DNA of 64,000 nt, taken from the NCBI GenBank assembly GCA_950097015.1, contig CATNEN010000029.1, positions 5,952,001 through 6,016,000 on the forward strand. The letters are read 5' to 3'. The stretch is from Macrostomum hystrix (lineage: Eukaryota; Animalia; Platyhelminthes). Below, piece after piece: positions 35,150 through 44,867 of the stretch. The notes under the pieces are model-generated. The model worked only from the letters and a program-made list of their open reading frames with translations, had not been told where the DNA came from and did no database searches. Numbering within the stretch: position 1 is the stretch's first letter; every line of letters begins with the position of its first letter. Position numbers and translations under genes: made by a program.

Positions 35150-35300
35150 ATATTTTTCTATACTACTAATGAAGTCCTTCAGGTCTTGGTCTTGGCTGTG
35201 TTCTAGAAAGCTCACATTCGACAGAAACTGCAACTCCTTGGACGATACTCCATCCAAGGATTCTGCCGGTAGATGCTTCTAATTTATCATTTCGAGTTTT
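35150..35300 (-). pseudogene. Paralogue of the Crypton N-terminal exon (copy X 5' part)
   Basis: MIN*KHLPAESLDGVSSKELQFLSNVSFLEHSQDQDLKDFI aligns with MINCKNLPVDSLDDVTSEELRLLTYLSFKDHSHEDDLRSFI (ORF 31708-32001). Confidence 0.7.
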
Positions 35301-36009
35301 TCGCTTGACAAGAAAAAATAATCTCAATTATGTCTGTCTGTTATCGTCTAAATATAGCAATTCCCGGTCAAATTGGTCCTAGGAGCAGTCAACTTAATCC
35401 ACTATAGCGAAATTCAATTCGTTTCGCTGTCGCTTGAGATATTCTATGGCCTGCCGCCGTCGTCGTTTACGTGGCCTGGGTCGTGGGCTTCTGGTGTGGA
35501 GGCGCTCTCCACTCCCTCCTCAGGGTCGGAGGCCCGGATGCCGTGCTGGAGGCCGCTACGAAGGTCCACCTGCATGAGTCCCTGGGCTGTCAGCTGCTCG
35601 TAGAGCGAGGGCGCTGAGTAGCCGTCCTAGGAGGGACAGAGAGGGCATTTGTAGACGGGCTGCGGGCCGGCTGAGTCCAAGGCCTCGTTGAGTCGAGAGA
35701 GGAGGTCGAACACCGCCTTACTGGCCGATCCCTTAGGAGAGAAGGCTGAGTCAGCGAAACGGCGACATATGACGGTATGGCAGTACTGGCAGCGCAGCTT
35801 TTCCTTGCTGTGCTGTTGAGCTAGGCATGTCTCAGAGAACATGGCGGTCGTGCTAACGAATGCGCATAGGCTGGACATGTTTGTGGATCACAGGCGGGCA
35901 CGTAGGCAGGCTTGTAACCACGCTCTGCTACCAAAATTGTCAGGCAGTGACAAGAAACTGATATGCTGTTGCTCTTTTGGGGCAAAGCCCCGAGCTTGCT
36001 TTATTGATA

Positions 36010-37369
36010 CTTCGGGTGTGTCATAAGTAATGTCACTGAGGCTAAAACAGACCAACTAACAATCGCAGATGAACGAAACTGTATCAATCAACAACATAGT
36101 GTCCCCCAATATCAATCACCCTCTGGCATTGCTCGTACAGCTTCTCTACCTCAGCCTGCAGGTGTTTTTCCTCCAGCTGTCGGAACCAGTGCAACGCGGC
36201 TTCTTTGACCTCATCATGGTTTGCGAAACTTCTCTGGGAAAAGTCTGCCCTCAGCCATTTAAAGAGAAACCTGTCGCACAAGTTGAAGTCTGGGCTGTAG
36301 GGACTCTGCCAGAGCAGATTTACTCGCCGTCCAGCCAGAAAATCCGAAACAGCCTGACAGGTGTGGTGCCGTGCGTTGTCCATCTGCCACAGAACTTCGT
36401 TCAGATGAATCGGGTTTGACCGGAGCGTGCGCCAGAGGTTCCCAGTGTGTCGGACAAAGTCGATGAAGTACTGGCCATCGACCTTGGTGTTTGGCGGAGT
36501 TGTACAGATGGAGACTCGTTTGTTTGGCGTGAATGCCACCAGCAGCATGGTCTTCTTGTCTGAGATGGACCTCCTGGTCACAGTCAGCCTGGAGTCCCCA
36601 GCTCCCAGCCAGCAGCGATTGTCTGCCTTGCTGCTTTTGCCATCCAGGTGGAGCCAGGTCTCATCCTCAACAACCAGGCAGTTTAGGATGTCATCCAAGC
36701 CCCGGCTGCTGAACACCTTGCGGATCTGATTGGCGCAGTTCGCACGGGCCTGACGTTGGTCCGCAGTGAGGTCATGGGGCACCCAGACCGAGCAGACGTT
36801 TCGGAGATGGAGATCCTCTGTCAAGATGCGATGGACTGTCTTGAAATCAATCTCCAAGCAGTACGCTAGCTCCCTGACAGACTGCCGCGGGTCTTCCTTG
36901 ACCAGGTCGCTGATGACTTCGATGTTCTCTATTGTCCTGGTTGAACATGGTCGTCCAGATCTGGCGGCATCTCCCAATTCGAACCCAGGATCAGTAAAGT
37001 TCTGAAACCACCTGTAAATTGTCCTGCGAGTTGGGCAGTTGTCTGGCAGTGTGTTCCGGAGATCCTCCTCTACTTCAAGTGCAGATTTTCCAAGCTTGAA
37101 GCGAATGAAAGCGTAGAACTGGATGTGCGTCTTGTCGTGATTCATGTTGAGTTTTGCTCGTTGCAAAAAGAAGATTTCATCGCGTTGCGCTTGCTAAATC
37201 TGATTAACAAATTCTTGCGACAGTTTTGGCCATAGACATTAAAATTGCTGCTCAGGTGTGGTGGCAACTTCTCAATAAATGTACTTTCAGAATATAATAT
37301 ATTTGGATGATTATTGCTTTGGGTTCCCGCACAACAACCACAGTGACATTACTTATGACACACCCGTAG
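36010..37369 (-). mobile_element. Complete mariner element, 29-bp TIRs, TA TSD
   Basis: TIRs cttcgggtgtgtcataagtaatgtcactg and cagtgacattacttatgacacacccgtag (1 mismatch), TA at 36008-9 and 37370-1. The empty site is seen in the LTR copy at 44692-44838 (ctcgtat-TA-tcaataaag). Confidence 0.95.
36084..37145 (-). CDS. Intact mariner transposase, DD34D, about 353 aa
   Basis: WVPHDL, VEDETWLH, MDNARHH and YSPDFNLCD; 34 residues between D2 and D3. First ATG at 37145. Confidence 0.93.
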   Translation of the reverse strand: MNHDKTHIQFYAFIRFKLGKSALEVEEDLRNTLPDNCPTRRTIYRWFQNFTDPGFELGDAARSGRPCSTRTIENIEVISDLVKEDPRQSVRELAYCLEIDFKTVHRILTEDLHLRNVCSVWVPHDLTADQRQARANCANQIRKVFSSRGLDDILNCLVVEDETWLHLDGKSSKADNRCWLGAGDSRLTVTRRSISDKKTMLLVAFTPNKRVSICTTPPNTKVDGQYFIDFVRHTGNLWRTLRSNPIHLNEVLWQMDNARHHTCQAVSDFLAGRRVNLLWQSPYSPDFNLCDRFLFKWLRADFSQRSFANHDEVKEAALHWFRQLEEKHLQAEVEKLYEQCQRVIDIGGHYVVD

Positions 37370-38169
37370 TAATACGAGTTATAGAGTACAGTGGAAGCTT
37401 GGAGATCGTCTATGGTTCAAAAGTACCGAACGAGAATTGGAGCAGACTAATGTAAATGAATATACGCTCGTATGCCTAGTGATATGATTGCGTACTTTGT
37501 AATAGCATATGGAGGATTCGGGAATCCGACAACAGGACGTTGCAATCGCGTTTTGTGCAAATTTTTCAGAAGGCTGGCTAAATGATGCAAAAAGTCTGTG
37601 GCATTTGCTTTATCAATATATGCACGTTGCTCAAAAGGAACTTTCAGGCAAATATTTTAGGAGTCGAAAATGTATATTTAAGTGAAGATTTTTATGAATT
37701 CTGTGCAGTATCCGTCGTACAGATTGCAGTATGGTGTGTTACAGGTATTGAATAAAGCAGACACAAGAAACTAAAGTACATACTGTACTAACGCATGGCA
37801 CTACCAAACAGAAAACTTGTAGCTGACTTGCTACAAATGTTGCTAGTTAAATTCAAGAGTCGGCAAAAGCTTGAGCTTGTTTATTTAGTTTTGTCGTGGT
37901 GTTACGAGTATATTTAAGTCTTAACCGGGCGACTGTACCTAACGATAACAAGGGTCATAGACAAATAAGCGGTAAGGGGGGAAATAAAAGTACCATTTGA
38001 ATCTTTAAATATTAAGAGTAAAAAGAAAGAAGTGAATTTTCTGCTACAAACAAAACCAAACAAGAAAATCAGAAACAAATATACGGCATATTTGCAACGG
38101 ACTTTACTTTAAATGTACTCGTACAATGTAACGTAAAACTACGTAAAACTCGTTCCAAGGCTGCCATAA

Positions 38170-38874
38170 TATTAAATGCAGCAAAACTAGCATGTTGACA
38201 GCAACTTTCTCAGTCTTCTTTCATTAGCTCCTGCTTGTAACATGGGTACATCGGTCTCTCTACGCACGAATCCCTTGAAAAAACAAATTGATAGTCTTCG
38301 AGAAACTTGATCCAGCTTTATTGGACCAACTGGTACGTCAAGAAACGACTTGAAAATAAGCAAATAGACTCGAACGGTTTAATTCACGCATTGCGACTTG
38401 CTTGTCAAGAAATACGTGTAGAAAAAGCAGGCGCACACTACCAGCGATTCGGGTGGATATCTGAGTCTGTCCCGAGATAACAGCGCTGTAAACTCACTGT
38501 CTTCAGGTAGGCTATCTCGCCCCGGCTCAGGCTTCCTTGGAAAGTTTTCCTTATGTGCGATGTAACCACAAATTTAGTAGATAGATGCCCTCTCTTCTGA
38601 ACTTAGGTGGTCGACTCGGATATGTAGATCATCGAATCTCCTAACGTCAGCATGAGATACTTCTGCTCTGCAACATCCGGACTCACAGTGGTCAACCTGA
38701 TCGCATTGAAGCTCGCCGTAGATCTGCATTCGACGTAAGCGTGCTCACCGATGAGTACGTCAGCAAAGCCGTCATTCTCGCTTCTCGTTCGTCCCGCGGG
38801 AAACTATAGACAGTATATCTCTCACCACTGTCATATTTGCTCTTGCAGCCTTTTACACAGCATTTTCTTGGCAT
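38170..38874 (-). pseudogene. Internally deleted THAP-domain (P-element/THAP9-like) transposase
   Basis: The N-terminal MPRKCCVKGCKSKY...YSFPRD (THAP start) is joined to the C-terminal motifs IY*ICGYIAHKE, SEFTALLSRDRLRYP and RRLSICFFKGFV; the catalytic core is absent. Confidence 0.65.
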
Positions 38875-38982
38875 GATACGAAACCAAAGTCTGATAAATC
38901 ACGCTAGCATCAGTCTTCTGCAGGACTAAAAAACTGATAACGAAAAGCAAACAAGGACAACTAAAAGTAAAAGTCTAAACTA

Positions 38983-40755
38983 CAAGGGGTGCTAGCTGGG
39001 ATATTGATCGTTTGGGCACTATACTTTCTACAACACCATCTAAATTGCCTAAAGCAGCAATTAGCTTAAAGAAAAACTAGCTTAAAGCTTAAAGAACCAA
39101 ATATTTGACTTTTTTCTCTAGCAATTTTATTAGCTGAGTTATGGCCCCTCGAGTGTTGAAATCCACGGACATAAATTGCGATTTTCACGAGCTGCTGAAA
39201 GAAAAAAGCTTAAAGCCACTAGGATTGGAGGGTCAGGGGTCAAACGGGGACACAACCGTTATTCAAAAATCTCAAGCAAAAGAATCAAATGTCATCATAA
39301 TCATCGCAATCCCCCTCCTTCATTCCCTCAATGTACTCGCCCTTGACGGCGATCACCTTTGCCCACTTCTTCGGGAGCTCGTTGATGGCCTGCCAATAGA
39401 CGGAGCGGAATTCCTGCGATCGAAGCACGCGCATCGCCTCGGCCTCCAGTCGCTGCCAAGCACTCGACCCCGCATGAGCTGCTTGAATGCGCCAAATACT
39501 CTGTAGTCGCAGGGCGACATGTCTGGCGAGTAAGGTGCGTGGTCCAGCACGTCGAGCCCGATCTCCTTGAGCTTTGCGACGGTTGCCATGGCGGTATGTG
39601 GGCGAGCGTTGTCATGGAAAAGCTCACGACCGCTTCGCCACGTGCCGCGTCGATTCGCAATAACAGTCACCTTGAGGCGCTCAAGCTGTTCCTGGTAGTG
39701 CATTGACTTGACGGTCTTGCCATCCGGCAGAAAGTCGACCAGCAGGGACCTTGGCCATCGAAGAAGAGAGAGATCATGATCTTCTTTGTCCAGGTCTGCC
39801 GAGGCTTCGTAGGCGAGTTTGAGCCTCGCACACACCAATCAGTGTCTTTCTGCTTGCCAGCCGACTCAAAAAAGGGCAGCCACGTCTCGTCGCACGTTAT
39901 GATCTTTTCAAGGAAAGGCTGACCCTCGAGAGTGTACGCAGCTTGCAGCGCGTGCGCAACCTCGACACGTCGACTCTTCTGCTCTGGCGTGAGGATGCGG
40001 GGAATCCATCGACAGGAGAGGCGGGACAGCCCAAGATCGGTCTTGAGAATCTCGTGCACAAATGGATTTGAAAGGCCAACAGTAGCAGAAAGCCTGCGAA
40101 GTGAGCTCTTAGGCGCAGCTTTTACAGCAGCTTCAACAGTGGGAACGCTTTGCAGACGGGCGCGCACCTGCGCCGGCGTGGAGCCAAATGGGCCAGGCGC
40201 GATGTCGTCAAGGGAGGTACGGCCCTCTTTGAACTCGCGAACCCACGGTCGGACAGTCGGTTCGCTTGGCACGGCCTCTCCATATGTCGCAACAAGCTCT
40301 GCGTGCATGTCAGCCACATTTGTGCGTCCGCTGTCGATCCAGAAGCGAATGACGCCACGCATTGCTGGTTTGAGGTCTTGCTTTGAAGCTGATGCCATCT
40401 TGTGTTTTTTAACAATATTTAGCCTGCTGAACGGTTAACTTGTGCCAACTGTTGAACTGATTTGCTTAAAGACTGATTAAGCAGAGGCATTGCAGGATTG
40501 ACTGGGATTTGATGCTGCAATTTGCGGCTTTAGACTGCGACCTGTCTTCCGCAGCTAGTGAAATCGCAATTTATGCCCATAGAGATCACCGCGTGAAGGG
40601 CCATAACTCAGCTAATAAAAGTGCTAGAGAAAAATTCAACACTCATCTAGACCATTGATAGTTTTTCTTTAAGCTAATTGCTGCTTTAGGCAATTTAGAT
40701 GGTGTTGTAGATAGTATAGTGCCCAAACGATCACTATCCCAGCTAGCACCCCTTG
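38983..40755 (-). mobile_element. Mariner element with long (about 165-bp) TIRs and TA TSD; DD34D transposase with two frameshifts (40398-39330)
   Basis: TA-CAAGGGGTGCTAGCTGGG...CCCAGCTAGCACCCCTTG-TA. Motifs RWIPRIL, ITCDETW, LFHDNARPH and YSPDMSPCD. Frameshifts near 39750 and 39445. Confidence 0.92.
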
Positions 40756-40899
40756 TATAAGGGGTTCCTTTTGAGCTACGTGCATATACGCTCGTATCAT
40801 ATAATAAAGCATATGCCATAGACTTTTAGTATCATTTAGCCAGCCTTCTGAAAAATTTGCACAAAACGCGATCGCAACGTCCTGTGTTGTATAGCTGTC

Positions 40900-41050
40900 C
40901 TTGATCAGACCTCTGTGCTGTTAGTCTTATACAGGCTGGTATTACATAGACTCGCAGCCATAGACAAAATGAAAGAGCAGACCTCTGTGCTGCTAGTCCT
41001 TTAGGCTGTTGGACTGATTTACAGAGACTCGCAGCCATAGACAAAATCAG
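40900..41050. repeat. Imperfect tandem duplication (about 77 bp x2), each copy ending in gactcgcagccatagacaaaat
   Basis: cagacctctgtgctg...gactcgcagccatagacaaaat occurs twice. Confidence 0.75.
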
Positions 41051-41114
41051 CGAAGGAAGGAAGTAATAAAACGTTTCAGGGCTTTTTTCGAATAAATCCC
41101 GGAAATTAAAGTAG

Positions 41115-41232
41115 TATAAGATAGTTATGTCATGGTTTTTATGGTCGGCATTTCACTTGAATCCCTCGAGAGCCGAAGGCTCTCGAGATTTAAACACATA
41201 CCCACCTAAAAACCATGACATATCTATTACTT
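41115..41232. other. Nested palindrome downstream of the recombinase gene; candidate Crypton terminal structure
   Basis: A 10-bp hairpin ctcgagagcc-GAA-ggctctcgag (41165-41187) sits inside a 15-bp inverted repeat atgtcatggttttta / taaaaaccatgacat (41127-41141, 41207-41221). Confidence 0.6.
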
Positions 41233-41588
41233 ATATTCTATTGACTTAATCATTGTCAATCTCTCAAACCACCTTCGCAACCATACATTGTTCAACGTTG
41301 AACAATGATAAAAAACGTGCAATAAATGTAAATTATCACCTATTAAAATTTATTATTAACATATAATGTCGTTAAAGCTGGACCTTAGACTGGAACAAAA
41401 ACATAAAACAAAACAGCATAAACTGTTAATGCTCAAGCGACTGCTCGAATAGTTTCTTGCCTGAACGTCAATTGTCTACCCACTTTCCAAAATTGAACGT
41501 GCAACCATGAAATGATCCATTCAAATTGACTGTCATTCGTGAAGCCGAACCACTAGTAGCCTCTTTGGTAATCGAAACTGCTCGACCT

Positions 41589-41950
41589 TCAGTCTCCTCC
41601 GAGATAGTTACTCCAACTGGATCGGAGTGCATGGCCCCATGCAACTGCTGACGCATGGCATGCATGTAAGGTCTTTCTTCGATTTCCGAACATCAAATAG
41701 CGCTCAACCGTTCGTGTGCTCTTGTGGCCGGTGATCTTACAAACGTCGGCATTGGAAAAGCCAGCATCAGCGAGTTCTTTCACGACTGTTGGACGCACGC
41801 AGTGTGCTGTGTACCGACGGCTAAGTCCAGCAGCTTGTGAAATTGTCAACATTAGACTCGCCAATGTGCAGGAAACTGTCGGCTTCAAAAATAAAGGTGT
41901 GCCTGAAGCAGCACGAAACAGGCTGGGGGGCGGAACGATTAACAGTTGGA
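41589..41950 (-). mobile_element. Crypton-type tyrosine recombinase C-terminal catalytic segment (copy Z), residues intact
   Basis: TLASLMLTISQAAGLSRRYTAHCVRPTVVKELADAGFSNADVCKITGHKSTRTVERY contains HxxR, TGH and the catalytic Tyr. Confidence 0.85.
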
Positions 41951-44692
41951 GGGTTCGGGCCCAGCGCTTGACAACGATGAGGGTTTTGGAATCGAACGTG
42001 TGGATGGGTCCGAGTTGATCCTCCAGAATGGAGCTGAAGGCGGGTTGACTTGAATCCAGGCGTTCCGACGGGAGCTGACCGTGAGGTGGTCGAGGGAGTG
42101 TGGGCGCCTTGGAGCTCCGACAGTCTAGACAGTGGCGAAGGGCCGCTCGAACGGTGGAGAGGCCGCGAGGAACCCAGAAACGCTCCCGGAGACGACTAAG
42201 GACAGTCGAGGCCGCAGCGTGCGTTTCCTGCTGATGAATGTGGAGGATGAGCAGGTGGCTGAGGCGGCTGCCTGGCGGAAGCAGGAACGGGTGAAGAGCG
42301 TCCACACTGAGAGTGGCGTTGGCCATCCGAGAGCCGAGACGGAGAAGACCGTCGTGGTCCTCGAAGAGGTCGAGCTGGTGAATCAGCTTGCACGCCTTTG
42401 GGTTGTTGGAACGAAAGGCGGCTAGTGTCTTTGGATGGTGAAGCTCCTGCACGTACTTGACCCAGAGGAGAAGGGCAGCTTCGCGCTCGGAAGTGTTTGG
42501 GATACCCTTGGCTTTGCTGTGAGTGGCGAAGCGTATACACGTATATCCTGAAGGTTGACTCGCCCCACATCCTTCTGCAGGCCAAGGATCTCAAGGCTGG
42601 TCATCCGGTCTACCAGCTGCTCCAGGTTCGTCGGACGGCTATTACAGAGCAGAGTGTTGCCGATGACGCGAGGGAGACTGTTGCCGCTTTGATGCTCGTC
42701 GTCTCCGAGGGAGCCGCTCAGTATGGCGCCGAACGGGGTGAGGTGGACCGTGAGCCTGGGCCGCAGCGGGATGGCGCCGATGCTGGGTCCGATCAGCAGC
42801 TGGACGTAGTCGTTGCCGATGAGCAGGTCAAGATGTACTTCTTCGTCTCTGGCAGGAGGTAAGTTGGCGATACCATATGGAACGTGAGCGAGGCTCGCCT
42901 GGACGTCCCTGGGCAGTTTCGTAGCTGGTACGTGGACAGCTGGAGCGATCTTCTCCACGCAGAGTACCTTCAATGGCATGCGGCGGCCGTCGGCCGCAGC
43001 GAGCTCAAGTCGGACGATGTCGGCATGGATGAGACGGCGGGTGTCGGCGTGGCAGGCGGAGCTGTCGAGGCTCAACCTAGCGAGCGACATAAGACCGAGG
43101 CGTTGAGCAATGTCATTGTTGAGGTACGTGTAGCTGCAGCCGCCGTCGATGAGGGCCGTCACCTTGACAGAGGCACTGTTGACGGGGTTGACGGCAACTG
43201 TGGAGAAGGTGGCCATGATGGTGGAGCTCAGCTGTTGGTCCTGGGTTGAGGAGATGCAGGAGATATCATTGACGGGCGCGCTTTCGGAATCGGCTGTGGC
43301 AGTCGTGCCGCTGGAGGCATTGAGGTGTGAGTTAGTTTTGGACTGTCGCGTAGGCACAGTTTTGTGAGCTGGCTTAGTCTCCAGGGTGCTGGCACCATGT
43401 GGTGTGGTGTGGTGTTTGGCCTTGCACTCCTGGCAGCGAAAGCGTGAGGGGCAGTTGCGAACCTCGTGCGCTCGCAGGTAGTTGAAGCAGAGTTTCTTGC
43501 GTCGGACGATGTCCAGTCGCTCATCTGGCTTGGCCACGGGACCCCAGTGGGGGCGGAGTGGGTGTCGCTGTCGCAGAAAATGCAATTGGTGTCGCGTCGG
43601 CGAGTTGGTCGACTGTTGTTGTCGCGAGCTGGTGGGTCCCAGCTAGGCCTGTAGTTGCGTTGCTCAGTTTTGAAGACATCTTTGGTATGGCAAGCTGCGT
43701 TGACGAGACTGGCACCGGCGTACGGGATCGCTGCAGGCTCGGCAGTGGCAATGGAGGCTCGGAGCGCTCGCAGCTTGGTGTCGAGGTGGTCCTGTAGATC
43801 GGCCATGGTGAGCATGGGTGTCTTGGAACCCTTGATGCGCGCCTCTTGGATATCCATCTGCATGGCGCTCGGTAGCTTGGGCCACAAGGCGAAAGCGTAG
43901 GCGTCCATGGCGGCTGCCGGCTCGTTCAGTCGACTGAGTTGTCCGATGGTGAGGCGGAGAACGTCGGCGAAGTCATCCAGGCTCTCGTACTCGATGCTAC
44001 GCAGATGCGGCATCTTGCAGGTCGCCATAGTTGATCTCGAGGATGCGACGGGCCTCCTTGTACGCGCCGGGTTGGAAGGCGTCGAGGCCACCGAGCTTCT
44101 TGAGCGCAGCATCTTTGAGAAGGCCTCGTAGGGTCTCGAACTTGTCCACATCCGAGTAACTGGTGCTGTCGACTCGGTAGTTGAAGGAGCTCCAGAAGGC
44201 TGGGAAGCTGGCGGGGTCGCTGCCGTCGAACGTTTGGAGCTGGACGTTGCGAAGGACGCTGTCGCCCGAGAAGTTGGGTCGTGGAGCCGGTTGGGTTGGA
44301 ACGGATGAGTTGGAAGGCTGGCGCGCTTGGGCCTGGACCTGCAGCAGGATCTGCTGGTTCTGTTGCATCATCTGTGTCAAGCTGCAGAGGAGCTGCTGCA
44401 TGCAGTCCTAAGAAACAGCGGGCGCTGCGCCGGGTGCGTAGGATGGGCTGGACCGTGGGAAGAAGCCAGGCTGAGCGGGCGCGGCTGCGGGATCTGTAGT
44501 AGTGGGCCGCGGAGTGGCACAGGTAGAATGAGAGGCTGGTTGTGCTGATGTATTCGCAGGGTTGGTGCTGTTGCGTCGCTGTCTGCCGCCGTCGTCGTTC
44601 ACGTGGCCTGGGTCGCGGGCTTCTGGTGTGGAGGCGCTCTCCACTCCCTCCTCAGGGTCGGAGGCCCGGATGCCGTGCTGGAGGCCGCTACG
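41950..44692 (-). mobile_element. BEL/Pao internal fragment: gag, aspartic protease and integrase N-terminus, with RT/RNase H deleted
   Basis: LQTFDGSDPASFPAFWSSF...YKEARRILEINYGD (gag), CFNYLRAHEVRNCPSRFRCQECKAKHHT (knuckles), ALIDGGCSYTY (protease), then directly AALLLWVKYVQ...DHDGLLRLGSR...HIHQQETH...RERFWVPRG...CLDC (IN zinc finger) and PPHGQLPSERL. Confidence 0.9.
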
Positions 44693-44838
44693 TTTGAACC
44701 ATAGACAATCTCCAAGCTTCCACTGTACTCTATAACTCGTATTATCAATAAAGCAAGCGCGGGGCTTTGCCCCAAAAGAGAAACTTTCTACCTTACCACA
44801 GCAGCAGCAGCATATCCGTTTATTGTCACTGCCTGACA
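44692..44838 (+). repeat. 3' part of the same Pao LTR, inverted relative to the adjacent gag
   Basis: tttgaaccatagac...aataaagcaagc...tgtcactgcctgaca is the reverse complement of 35938-36009 plus 37372-37421, with an extra 24 nt or so. No PBS follows it. Confidence 0.85.
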
Positions 44839-44867
44839 GAGACCATCACCGCGTTCTTGTAGTCGTC

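Larger units (their letters stand above)
35449..37534 (-). mobile_element. BEL/Pao 5' end: about 235-bp LTR (split by a mariner), PBS and Cys-rich gag N-terminus, truncated at 35449
   Basis: The LTR runs TGTTGT (37534) to CTGACA (35938) and contains AATAAA. After a 4-nt spacer comes PBS TGGTAGCAGAGCGTGGTT (35933-35916), complementary to a metazoan initiator tRNA-Met 3' end. ATG 35878 opens CQYCHTVIC...YKCPLCP. 35449-35560 is directly repeated at 44583-44692, where the Pao gag continues. Confidence 0.8.
37535..40888. repeat. Diverged inverted repeat pair of about 110-130 bp (37535-37641 and 40761-40888) bracketing the THAP remnant and mariner 2
   Basis: ggacgttgcaatcgcgttttgtgcaaatttttcagaaggctggctaaatgat...gctcaaaaggaac is the reverse complement of 40761-40888, apart from indels. 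Confidence 0.8.

Noticed and set aside
35841-37490. About 95-codon plus-strand ORF restored when mariner 1 is removed
   Set aside because: It is antisense to the Pao LTR/PBS and has no recognisable motif; chance is the simplest explanation.
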